Shown here one piece after another: positions 1 to 7,910 of a stretch of 39,206 nt of DNA. A program made the position numbers and the translations under genes. A model generated the notes under the pieces. It was given only the letters and a program-made list of their open reading frames with translations, was not told where the DNA came from and made no database searches. Source of the DNA: a virus. Taxonomy: Duplodnaviria > Caudoviricetes. The stretch spans positions 1-39,206 of the IMG/VR virus record IMGVR_UViG_3300037755_000165, one strand, 5' to 3'. The number at the start of each line of letters is the position of its first letter. Position 1 is the first letter of the stretch.

Positions 1-288
1 TTCAATGCAGTCGTCAGACACGTTCTCGCAGTCATCCCACCTGGAAGGCGCGTACTTCAGGACCCCGCGAAGGAACGTGATGTCGTGCATTGCCGTGGCC
101 GCACAGATACCCTCCGCGCGGCGAGCCATGACGTGATCCACCACGTCCGTTTTCTTCAAATCAGAAGCCTCCTTTTCTACAATCGGATACCGCTTCATCC
201 GCCGAAGGCAGTACAGATGTGAATCGCCAAGCGGATCAATTTCATTCATTGCATTGATAAAACGGTCGATCAGGTCTTTCAGTTTCAC
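1..288 (-). CDS. int: Tyrosine recombinase/integrase, N-terminal part (runs off the window)
   Basis: Hand translation from GTG 288 (AGGAG RBS): MKLKDLIDRFINAMNEIDPLGDSHLYCLRRMKRYPIVEKEASDLKKTDVVDHVMARRAEGICAATAMHDITFLRGVLKYA. This resembles the core-binding (SAM-like) domain of phage integrases. Catalytic domain not in the window. Confidence 0.65.
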   Translation of the reverse strand, partial: MKLKDLIDRFINAMNEIDPLGDSHLYCLRRMKRYPIVEKEASDLKKTDVVDHVMARRAEGICAATAMHDITFLRGVLKYAPSRWDDCENVSDDCIE

Positions 289-354
289 TTTTGCTGCTCC
301 TGCTAAATGGCAACGCCGCGTCCTTCTGTATTCGTTGCCGGGTAACTGTGCGGT

Positions 355-522
355 TCATTTATGGACCGCGAATGGTTCGTTGATCTTGTACTGGGCCATC
401 TGCTGTTCAGTCGGCACGCGCTGCTCCGTCTGTGGGCAGAAACTGCACTTGCACCACAGGGCCTCGTCTTGAGGCGTCCAGGTGATTCCGCAAGTTGGGC
501 AGCGTCCGATTGCAGGGTTCAT
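355..522 (-). CDS. Small Cys-rich hypothetical protein (55 aa)
   Basis: ATG overlaps the upstream stop (ATGA). Translation MNPAIGRCPTCGITW...WCKCSFCPQ has two CxxC-like pairs. Confidence 0.5.
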   Translation of the reverse strand: MNPAIGRCPTCGITWTPQDEALWCKCSFCPQTEQRVPTEQQMAQYKINEPFAVHK

Positions 523-1193
523 GCCGACCTACTCGCAATGCCGGAGTCCGTGACCACTCGCACGCCCGGATAGATCAGGTCTTCCTTGAGCACTCTGGCC
601 TGGTTGTTCAGAAACGTCATGTTCGGCTCCAAGGCGTTCAGCGGGACAGAGCCCGCGGCGACGGCCTTGACGAGCTCCAATTTGCTGGTGACATCGGCCC
701 GGTAGGTGGTCCTGGTGGACAACCCGGCGATCTTCGGCGTGGTAGGCGCGATGATCGGCGCCACGACGGCCGCAGCCGCAGTCTGGAGTGCTGCGGCTTT
801 CTCCACCTTGCCCTTCTCCGCGGCCTTGGCTGCCTGCGCCTCGAGCCGTTCGCGCTCCTTCCGGGCTTCCTCTTGGGCCTTGGCTTCGGCCGCGCGCCGG
901 ATCCGCTCCTGCTCCTGCTGATAGCCCAAGACGGCCCGCTTGACGTACCCCTCGGCGTCGATCAGCGGTTGCTGGTGCCCTTTCTTCTCGGCGACCAGAG
1001 CCCGGTGAGCGTCGAATGCCCGCTTGATGTGCGGGTCGAACGTCTCGTCCAGCTTCTTCGCCAGCGCCTTGATCGCCTTCAGCCTGTCGGCGGATTCGAT
1101 GTAGTGCTGCTCGCTCGTAACCCGGAATTCCTTGGCGACGGTGAGGGCGTTGCTGGTTTCCTGTACCAGTTCTGGCGTGGCGAGGTCGGTCAC
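519..1193 (-). CDS. Phage coiled-coil protein of the recombination module
   Basis: GTG start coupled to the upstream stop (GTGA). Long Ala/Glu/Lys coiled coil and a C-terminal IYPGVRV motif, as in proteins found next to phage exonuclease/SSAP genes. Confidence 0.6.
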   Translation of the reverse strand: MTDLATPELVQETSNALTVAKEFRVTSEQHYIESADRLKAIKALAKKLDETFDPHIKRAFDAHRALVAEKKGHQQPLIDAEGYVKRAVLGYQQEQERIRRAAEAKAQEEARKERERLEAQAAKAAEKGKVEKAAALQTAAAAVVAPIIAPTTPKIAGLSTRTTYRADVTSKLELVKAVAAGSVPLNALEPNMTFLNNQARVLKEDLIYPGVRVVTDSGIASRSA

Positions 1194-1885
1194 TTGTGCA
1201 TTCCCTTCCAGGAGTAGATGTTGAGGAGCGATCGGAATATGTTCTCGTCGTTCTGTTCGGTGTAGGGGAACGCTCGATAGGTGCCGTCTCTGAGAAGCTG
1301 AAGCCCGGTGCGTTTCTTGATCTTGAGTCCAAGGCTTTCCAAAGCGCCGATCGTGTAACCGGCCGTCTGGATGGCAGTTGCCGGATCCATCGTCCAGACG
1401 CATTTCGTATCGATGAGTTCTTCCGGCACTTCGCTGTCGGTCCTGCGGGTCCCGATCAGGTCTGCTGTGCCGGCGAAGCGCAGTTTCTTCGAGTAGACAA
1501 TCGGCTGGTTAAGCAAAACCCGGAAGCCAGTCTCCTGCTTGAACTTGATCCAGGCTTCGAAGAACGGCAGCACGGCCGGATCTACCGTGTCAATGTCCAG
1601 GTCCTGCCTTTCCCAGAGCGTGATGGCGGTGTCGAGCGCCTTGCCGATCTGGCGCTTGTACTCCCTCACATCGGGCATGCCGCCCACAGTGATAAGAGGC
1701 TTGATGATGGCCGTCACCGAGGGGACCAAGTAGCCGTCAATCCGGTACTCGTGCCGTTCCTCGTTGAAGCTGATTTCGGCGGGCTTCATCTGGTTGTCTA
1801 GTTGCTCTTGCACCCACTTGTCGTAGGCGTAGTCGGAATTCTTCGGATGGCCGTATGGATGCTCTGGCAGGTAGATGCCAGGCAT
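1190..1885 (-). CDS. PD-(D/E)XK exonuclease (recombination nuclease)
   Basis: PSVT..I, FAGTADLI, IDTK and QTAGY motifs; TAATG coupling to the upstream gene. Confidence 0.75.
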   Translation of the reverse strand: MPGIYLPEHPYGHPKNSDYAYDKWVQEQLDNQMKPAEISFNEERHEYRIDGYLVPSVTAIIKPLITVGGMPDVREYKRQIGKALDTAITLWERQDLDIDTVDPAVLPFFEAWIKFKQETGFRVLLNQPIVYSKKLRFAGTADLIGTRRTDSEVPEELIDTKCVWTMDPATAIQTAGYTIGALESLGLKIKKRTGLQLLRDGTYRAFPYTEQNDENIFRSLLNIYSWKGMHK

Positions 1886-2715
1886 TACTCGGGCGTTTGC
1901 TCGCCAATCCAGACAAGCACCTTGTTCACGTCGCCGAACGCGATGTCCTCCAACTTCTCGACCTTGAAGTGGGTGCACAGGGCCGATTCCTCGACCGGCG
2001 AGCCTTCGAGCTTCTTGCGGATGAACTTCAACTGTCCGGTTTCGAGCTTCTTTGACGGATCGGAAGTCGCGGCTGCAGATTTCGCCCGCGGCTGTTGAAC
2101 TGCCGGACGCGCTTCGCCCTCAATGACGCCCTCTCGCACTTCTTCTGGCATATCCTCGAGGTCTTGAGCGAAGATGTCAGAGGCAGCAAGGGCGGTAAGG
2201 GTGAAATCGACCAACCCGCGCTTCTTCGCCATCTTGAGGATGGTGTTCGCAACGTCGGCGGGCTCGGTCCTGACTTGCTGGACAGTGTAGTGCCCGCCGG
2301 TCTTGCGGCCGAACTTCACGCGCCGACGATCTTCGGGAGTCTGGTCGAACTCCTCCTCGCACACAGCCCGGCGCCACTTGTACTTTTCCTCGTTGCTGGA
2401 ACACTCCCCCAGTCCCGTGCCGAGGACCGTACCGCTCGTCTGGTGGGTGCCGATGCAGAAAACCCGGTAGCGGATCTCGTCCGAAGTGGAAAGGTCCGTT
2501 ACCCGCGGATCCACGGCAATGCGGAACGTGGACATCAGAACTTCGGCGCCCGGCTTGAGCAGCGTCGGCTTGTCGGTGCCAGGGATGGTGTCGAAGTGCA
2601 CCTTGGGCTTCATCACCGCCTGCATGACTTGCTGGATCAGGTTGACGTGCGCCTTGACTTCGACCGCCGTCAGGGCCCGCGCTTCAGGATTCAGGACTGC
2701 AATTTCACCGCTCAT
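1885..2715 (-). CDS. Putative single-strand annealing/recombination protein
   Basis: IPGTDKPTLLKPGAE and NTILKMAKKR..VD.....ASDIFAQDLED motifs; adjacent to the exonuclease; AAGGAGG RBS. Confidence 0.55.
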   Translation of the reverse strand: MSGEIAVLNPEARALTAVEVKAHVNLIQQVMQAVMKPKVHFDTIPGTDKPTLLKPGAEVLMSTFRIAVDPRVTDLSTSDEIRYRVFCIGTHQTSGTVLGTGLGECSSNEEKYKWRRAVCEEEFDQTPEDRRRVKFGRKTGGHYTVQQVRTEPADVANTILKMAKKRGLVDFTLTALAASDIFAQDLEDMPEEVREGVIEGEARPAVQQPRAKSAAATSDPSKKLETGQLKFIRKKLEGSPVEESALCTHFKVEKLEDIAFGDVNKVLVWIGEQTPE

Positions 2716-2735
2716 CTAAACCTCCTTGGTGGCGT

Positions 2736-3020
2736 TTACAACGTGCCCCGCGTGACAGTGCCGCCCTCGTAGAAGCACACGGCGCGGCAGAATTCCTTGT
2801 CGGGCTGGTGCGTGACCTGCACGCGCAGCCACTTCCCGGCCTTGACCTTCAAGCACTGGCACAGAAGCTCGGCTTGCTCGCGGCGTAGCGGGCGCGTCTC
2901 CTTCTCCACGGCCTCTATTCGGACCTGCTCGGCGAGGTCGGCCGGCCCGACGTAAGTGAGTAGGGCGAACAGAGCAGCCAGCCCACAGAACAGGCGTGCC
3001 CAGGACGCGGGGGCGCTCAT
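2736..3020 (-). CDS. Hypothetical protein with an N-terminal hydrophobic segment
   Basis: ATG 3020 overlaps the upstream stop (ATGA); hydrophobic stretch RLFCGLAALFALLTYVG. Confidence 0.5.
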   Translation of the reverse strand: MSAPASWARLFCGLAALFALLTYVGPADLAEQVRIEAVEKETRPLRREQAELLCQCLKVKAGKWLRVQVTHQPDKEFCRAVCFYEGGTVTRGTL

Positions 3021-3202
3021 CGGCCGCACTTCCACCGCCTGCGCGTGCCAGCAGGCGCCTTGGCGTACTCACGCCAGAATTTCGCAAGCTGGAAGCGCGC
3101 TCCCTCCAGAATATGCAGGCGCAGATACACGCGCACTCGACCCAGCGTATCCATGAGATCAACCTTGCGGCTGTAGTGCTGGTTTCCGTGCGGGCGCGTC
3201 AT
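3017..3202 (-). CDS. Hypothetical protein (61 aa)
   Basis: ORF track; ATGA coupling at both ends. Confidence 0.5.
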   Translation of the reverse strand: MTRPHGNQHYSRKVDLMDTLGRVRVYLRLHILEGARFQLAKFWREYAKAPAGTRRRWKCGR

Positions 3203-3303
3203 ATCCAGTACGGCCAGAACAGCGCGTAGAGGAGGGCTATCGCCAGAATTCCTACTGCGGCCTCGCCCTTGGTCAAAATCCGAAAGGAATCATCATCACG
3301 CAT
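3199..3303 (-). CDS. 34-aa single-pass membrane peptide, first gene of the leftward operon
   Basis: MRDDDSFRILTKGEAAVGILAIALLYALFWPYWI; ATG lies 6 nt after the PL -10; stop overlaps the next ATG. Confidence 0.55.
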   Translation of the reverse strand: MRDDDSFRILTKGEAAVGILAIALLYALFWPYWI

Positions 3304-3309
3304 GGACAC

Positions 3310-3352
3310 ATCCTAATGCGCGCGTGCATAGGCTGTCAATGCGGAAGTGCAT
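3310..3352 (-). promoter_or_regulatory. PL-like sigma70 promoter with two operators (OL1 3316-3329, OL2 3339-3352)
   Basis: Minus strand TTGACA(3339-3334)-18 nt-TAGGAT(3315-3310). Operators ATGCG-CGCG-TGCAT and ATGCG-GAAG-TGCAT. Confidence 0.75.
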
Positions 3353-3409
3353 AGGTTCCACGAGAAACCTATGCTTCAGGTCCTAACCGATTGACGTTCT
3401 TGAGCTAAA

Positions 3410-3595
3410 TCAGGTTTTTCTTCTGGCGACGAACGGTATCACTTGCGCCGTTTCTGCATCGTGTTGCGAGGCCGCGGCGTTCACGAAGTATCGGATGTGA
3501 TCTCTATTTTCGATAGTGCAAGCCCGGTAAGCGCTTATCACCAGCACTTCATCTGGTGTGAGTAAGACCAACGCTGCTGGCTGCCTCTCCCGCAT
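3410..3595 (-). CDS. Small helical protein resembling an XRE-repressor C-terminal domain
   Basis: MRERQPAALVLLTPDEVLVISAYRACTIENRDHIRYFV...; overlaps the repressor 3' end by 47 nt. Confidence 0.5.
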   Translation of the reverse strand: MRERQPAALVLLTPDEVLVISAYRACTIENRDHIRYFVNAAASQHDAETAQVIPFVARRKT

Positions 3596-3932
3596 CTCGA
3601 TCGACCGCCCCCGAAGCTGCAAGTAGAAGCAATTTCCTGCCCTGCTCTCCAGACTGCGCCCACGCCTTCAAGATGACTAGGAACTTTTCGTCTATCCCAG
3701 CCGGCATCAACAGCTGCCACGGCTCGATCAGGAGTCCTTTGGCCAGGGCTTCTATGTGGTCGATAGAGCTAGGATGTGAGGAGCGCTCCATCCTGCTGAC
3801 CGTGCTTTGGTCAATGTCCAAGCCGTGCCGCTTCGCCGCCTTTGCAACGTCCGGCTGACTGAGCTTCTTCTTCTTCCGCGCCTCCCTTGCGTTTTCGGCG
3901 ACCACTTGTCTTAGTGGCTTGTTTTTAGGCAT
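3549..3932 (-). CDS. CI-like XRE-family HTH repressor (no S24 peptidase domain)
   Basis: HTH_3 pattern VAENAREARKKKKLSQPDVAK...IDQSTVSRMERS...SIDHIEALAKGL; divergent from the cro-like gene. Confidence 0.85.
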   Translation of the reverse strand: MPKNKPLRQVVAENAREARKKKKLSQPDVAKAAKRHGLDIDQSTVSRMERSSHPSSIDHIEALAKGLLIEPWQLLMPAGIDEKFLVILKAWAQSGEQGRKLLLLAASGAVDRDAGEAASSVGLTHTR

Positions 3933-3938
3933 AGAAGT

Positions 3939-3999
3939 AGGGTACGTTGAACACCCATGCGGGAGTGCCTTGACAGAAAATGCACTTCTGCATGACACT
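3939..3999. promoter_or_regulatory. Divergent PRM/PR region with operators OR2 (3957-3970) and OR1 (3980-3993)
   Basis: PR: TTGACA(3970-3975)-18 nt-GACACT(3994-3999). PRM -10 TACCCT (minus, 3944-3939) with no clear -35. Operators ATGCG-GGAG-TGCCT and ATGCA-CTTC-TGCAT. Confidence 0.7.
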
Positions 4000-4005
4000 A
4001 CTGGC

Positions 4006-4230
4006 ATGGACGAGACGATTTTCGGGACGATCAAGCGTCGCCTCGAGGAGTGCAAAGGGGATTTGCCGCGCATAGCCGAGGAGTCCGGGGTCAACATCTG
4101 GACGCTACGCAACATCCTGAACGGCAGATCCAAGAATCCTGGTGTAGATGCATGTCAAGCCCTCCTTGATTACTTTCGTGCCTACGACAAGATGATTTCG
4201 AAGCTCCGCGGGCAGGAAACTGCTGCGTGA
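4006..4230 (+). CDS. Cro-like HTH regulator
   Basis: HTH LPRIAEESGVNIWTLRNILNGRSKNPG; divergent from the repressor. Confidence 0.8.
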   Translation: MDETIFGTIKRRLEECKGDLPRIAEESGVNIWTLRNILNGRSKNPGVDACQALLDYFRAYDKMISKLRGQETAA

Positions 4231-4267
4231 CTTCTCCTCCGTCCGCTTTTCCCCCTGAGCGGACTTT

Positions 4268-4304
4268 CCCCGGCTGGCTTGCAGGCTGGCCGGGGTTTCT
4301 TTTT
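4268..4304 (+). terminator. tR1-like intrinsic terminator
   Basis: CCCCGGCTGGC-TTGCAG-GCTGGCCGGGG followed by TTTCTTTTT; a second hairpin lies just upstream at 4241-4264. Confidence 0.7.
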
Positions 4305-4318
4305 CCATAAGGCGACAG

Positions 4319-4534
4319 ATGAGCCTCCGCGGTAAGGAAGTCAGGCCGCTCATTTCCGAAGACCTGCACGAGCGCCTGAGCATCATGGCGGCGCACACAG
4401 ACAAGCAGATCAACGAGTTTGCGGCGCGGCTGCTCGAGAAGGCGATCGCTGGCGAGTGGCATGAGGTCAGACTACTCATCGAGCGTTCCGAGCGCCTTGG
4501 AAAGCGTTGGAAGGCCGTCGAAGGTGGCGGATAG
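4319..4534 (+). CDS. Small DNA-binding regulator in the CII position (ribbon-helix-helix-like)
   Basis: EVRPLISEDLHERLSIMAAHTDKQINEFAARLLEKAI pattern; lies between cro and the replication genes. Confidence 0.6.
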   Translation: MSLRGKEVRPLISEDLHERLSIMAAHTDKQINEFAARLLEKAIAGEWHEVRLLIERSERLGKRWKAVEGGG

Positions 4535-4692
4535 TGATCGAACGCCGTGGCGCCACAACGTCGGTTTACCAGTGTGTGCGCAAACTCCCCCTTAGTGTCC
4601 GCATGATGTCTGTGCGGAAAACGACTTTCTGTGCGGTGTCGAACACAAAGGCTTCGGAAAATGGCGGCAAGAACGGAAACGGAGCGGAGTAG

Positions 4693-5469
4693 GTGTCCGG
4701 TGTGTACTTCACCAAGCTGTTTTCCTCTATCACCGAGTCAACGGTTTGGTGCGAGCCGCATTCCACGAGGATTGTCTGGATAACCATGCTCGCAATGGCC
4801 GACAGAAAGGGCCGCGTCCACGGGTCAATTCCGGGGCTTGCCAATAGGGCCAGGGTTACGTTGGAGGAGTGCGAGCACGCCCTATCGCGCTTCATGTCAC
4901 CAGACAAGTACAGCCGCACCCACGACAACGACGGACGCCGCATCGAGGAAATAGACGGCGGCTGGCGGCTCCTGAACTACGCCAAGTACCGGGAGATGCG
5001 GGACGCCGAAGATAGGGCGGAACAGAACCGGGAGGCCCAAGCTAGGCATAGGGAGAAAGTAAGCAAGTCTGCTGACAATCAGCCGCAATCAGCCCAAGCA
5101 GAAGCAGAAGCAGAATTACAACCACAGATTCCTTCGGAATCTGGTGCCCCAGAGTCGCACATCTTGCCCAGCAACATCCCCTACAGGGAAATCGTCGCTC
5201 TTTTCAACGAGCACATGGTTGCGCTGCCGAGGGTGCGGGAACTCACCAACAAGCGCCGGCAGTTGATTCGTAGCGCTTGGCAGGCAAGCAAGGTTCGCAG
5301 CCTATTTCCTTTCTGGAAGTGTTACTTCGAGGAATGTTCCGAGGATCCATTCCTTAACGGCACTGGCCCATACGGCAAGGGGCACGAGAACTGGCGCCCG
5401 AGTTTCGACTACCTGATGCGAAACGATGTCATCACGAAAGTCTACGAAAAGGCGATGAGCGAGCAATGA
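4693..5469 (+). CDS. Phage replication initiator (O-like/replisome organiser)
   Basis: N-terminal wHTH-like FTKLFSSITESTVW...VWITMLAMAD, then NYAKYR, a low-complexity AEAEAE linker and C-terminal WRPSFDYLM; directly upstream of DnaB. Confidence 0.75.
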   Translation: MSGVYFTKLFSSITESTVWCEPHSTRIVWITMLAMADRKGRVHGSIPGLANRARVTLEECEHALSRFMSPDKYSRTHDNDGRRIEEIDGGWRLLNYAKYREMRDAEDRAEQNREAQARHREKVSKSADNQPQSAQAEAEAELQPQIPSESGAPESHILPSNIPYREIVALFNEHMVALPRVRELTNKRRQLIRSAWQASKVRSLFPFWKCYFEECSEDPFLNGTGPYGKGHENWRPSFDYLMRNDVITKVYEKAMSEQ

Positions 5470-7910
5470 ACCAGGACGAACTTCTCAGGGTCCCGCCGAA
5501 CAGCACGGAGTCTGAGGCCGCGATACTCGGGGCACTGCTTCTGGACAATGAATCCTGGGAGCGCATTGGCGACGTGATATCGGCGAAGGATTTCTACAAG
5601 GGGGCCCATCGAAAGCTGTACGAGGTCATCGAGGTTCTGATTGCCAGCGGGCAGACAGCGGACCTTGTGACGGTATCCGAGGCGCTGAAGGCGGACCAGA
5701 GGCTCGATGAGGTAGGAGGGCCCGGGTACGTTGCAGAACTCGCGCAGTCGAGCATCGGCAGCGTCAACCTGCGTAAGTACGCCCAGATCGTGCGGGAGAA
5801 GGCTCTGCTGCGCTCCCTGCTCCGGGTTTGCTCAGAGGTCATGGAAACAGCTTGGAGCCCTTCCAGTGAGTCGTCTGTGGCCTTGGAAGAAGCTGAGAGG
5901 AAGATTTTCGAGCTCAGGCAGCGCAGGACCGAGCGCAAGTCAGTCACCTTCAAGCAACTGCTGGCGAATGTGTTCAATTCCATCGACGATCGCTTTCACA
6001 ACAAGGGGGAGATAACCGGGCTCGCTACTGGGTTTGCCAAGGTGGACGCCATGACTGCTGGGCTGCAGCGCGGGGATCTTGTCATCGTCGCTGGCCGGCC
6101 GAGCATGGGGAAAGCGCAAAGCTTAGATTCTCTAATCAAGACCACTGGTGGGTGGGTTGAAATGGGAGCGCTTCAAGTTGGCGACGCTATCGCATCTGTT
6201 GATGGGCGCGCGTCGATTGTGACTGGAGTTTATCCGCAGGGCGTGCGGAAAGTGTACCGAATCACATTTTCGGATGGCCGCAATGCCGAGGCTTGCTCGG
6301 AGCATCTTTGGTCAGTCCGTTATCGCGGTTGGGATGTGCCGCGCACTCTGAGTACGGCGCAACTTCAGGAAATGCTTTCCCGCAGGCGCTACCAACATCG
6401 TCTCTGGGTAGATCAAGCGACTGGAGACTTTGGGCACAGCGATCCACTTCCAGTTGATCCATGGGCACTTGGAGCGCTTCTCGGAGACGCCCACATGGAT
6501 AGATCATTCATATTCAGTACAGCCGAGCCGGAAATGGTGGAGCACATGGCCGAGGCTGTTGGAGGCGGTTTGGAATTGCGCCATAACGGCGCTTATGACT
6601 GGCGTATCGTCAAGAGATGCGCTAGGCGTGGCGGGGCTGAACAAAACCCGCTGTTTGAAGCAATACATTCGCTCGGCCTTCGGGGTGTTTTAAGCCAAGA
6701 TAAATTCATCCCCAGAATGTATCTCGATGCTAATCGGCCCTCTAGATTAGCGCTCTTGCAGGGTCTTCTTGACACGGACGGGTGGGTAGAAAAATGGGGT
6801 AGCGTACGTTTCTGCACCACTAGTTATCGGCTCGCAAAGGACGTTGTAGAACTAGTTCGCTCGCTTGGGGGCTGGTGCTCTCTATCCGACAAACGCGCGT
6901 CATACAAATATCTTGGTACGAGGAGAGAGGGGCGCACTGCCTACGTTCTGAACATCCATCATCATGAACCGGCAAGCCTCTTCAGGCTGTCAACAAAACG
7001 AAGCCTAACTAGAGAACGGCAGCGGATATTCCGGCCAGTCATCGTGTCCATTACTGAGTCGCGCAGAGTGCCGACACAGTGCATCGCTGTTTCTCATCCC
7101 TCACGCCTCTACATTACGAACGACTACGTTGTCACGCATAACACCAGTTTTGCAATGAACGTGGCCGAGCACGTAGCAATCGAGAAGCGCTTGCCGGTCG
7201 CTGTTTTCTCCATCGAGATGACCGACGTGCAGTTGGTGCAGCGCATGCTTGGCTCAGTGGGGCGCATTGACCAGCACCGGCTTAGAACCGGGATGCTGAC
7301 GGACGAGGACTGGCGCAAGACGAGCGAAGCCATGTCGCGGCTGCATGACTGCCCCTTTGTGATCGAGGAGACGGTGCAGTTGACCATCACGGAGCTTAGG
7401 GCGAGGGCCAGGCGCATCGCAAAGGACAACCCGGGCTTGGCGCTCATCATCATCGACTACCTGCAGCTGATGGCTTCGAGCGCCAAGACTCAATCGGAGA
7501 GGACGCAAGAGATCGGCGACATTTCCCGCGGCCTGAAGGCATTGGCGAAAGAGTTGGACATCCCGATCATGGCTCTATCGCAGTTGAATCGAGCGGTAGA
7601 GCAGCGGATCAACAAGAGGCCAATGAGTTCGGATCTTCGGGACTCAGGCTCAATCGAGCAGGACGCCGACGTGATCGTGTTCCTGTACCGGGACGACATC
7701 TATCACCAAGAATCGGATGCGGCCGGATATGCCGAGGCGATCATCGGCAAGCAAAGGAACGGGGCAACTGGGACCGTGTACCTGCGTTTCGTGAAAGAGG
7801 AGACGCGCTTTGAAACGTCGGACTGGAAACCACCGATCAAGCAGCGCAAGAAAAAGGCAGGCTTTCAAGCGCAGCCAGAACTGCAGCAGCGTGCGGACAT
7901 AGACGGATGA
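5466..7910 (+). CDS. dnaB: Replicative DNA helicase DnaB (intein-containing precursor)
   Basis: PPNSTESEAAILGALL, P-loop GRPSMGK/T, IIIDYLQLM, LSQLNR, DLRDSGSIEQDAD and KQRNG motifs. Confidence 0.95.
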   Translation: MNQDELLRVPPNSTESEAAILGALLLDNESWERIGDVISAKDFYKGAHRKLYEVIEVLIASGQTADLVTVSEALKADQRLDEVGGPGYVAELAQSSIGSVNLRKYAQIVREKALLRSLLRVCSEVMETAWSPSSESSVALEEAERKIFELRQRRTERKSVTFKQLLANVFNSIDDRFHNKGEITGLATGFAKVDAMTAGLQRGDLVIVAGRPSMGKAQSLDSLIKTTGGWVEMGALQVGDAIASVDGRASIVTGVYPQGVRKVYRITFSDGRNAEACSEHLWSVRYRGWDVPRTLSTAQLQEMLSRRRYQHRLWVDQATGDFGHSDPLPVDPWALGALLGDAHMDRSFIFSTAEPEMVEHMAEAVGGGLELRHNGAYDWRIVKRCARRGGAEQNPLFEAIHSLGLRGVLSQDKFIPRMYLDANRPSRLALLQGLLDTDGWVEKWGSVRFCTTSYRLAKDVVELVRSLGGWCSLSDKRASYKYLGTRREGRTAYVLNIHHHEPASLFRLSTKRSLTRERQRIFRPVIVSITESRRVPTQCIAVSHPSRLYITNDYVVTHNTSFAMNVAEHVAIEKRLPVAVFSIEMTDVQLVQRMLGSVGRIDQHRLRTGMLTDEDWRKTSEAMSRLHDCPFVIEETVQLTITELRARARRIAKDNPGLALIIIDYLQLMASSAKTQSERTQEIGDISRGLKALAKELDIPIMALSQLNRAVEQRINKRPMSSDLRDSGSIEQDADVIVFLYRDDIYHQESDAAGYAEAIIGKQRNGATGTVYLRFVKEETRFETSDWKPPIKQRKKKAGFQAQPELQQRADIDG
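6114..7142 (+). mobile_element. Class 3 intein with LAGLIDADG homing endonuclease (343 aa) in the DnaB P-loop
   Basis: Starts AQSLDS after GK and ends VVTHN before T. W in EHLW (block B), C in TQCIAV (block F), T in VTHN (block G). Endonuclease motifs LGALLGDA and LQGLLDTDG. Confidence 0.92.

Noticed and set aside
289-522. 55-aa Cys-rich ORF fused to the integrase by TGA readthrough (same frame)
   Set aside because: The integrase has its own AGGAG RBS and GTG; there is no recoding signal and the intervening codons look non-coding.
1190-1885. Cas4 assignment for the PD-(D/E)XK nuclease
   Set aside because: No four-Cys Fe-S cluster motif; the context is a recombination operon.
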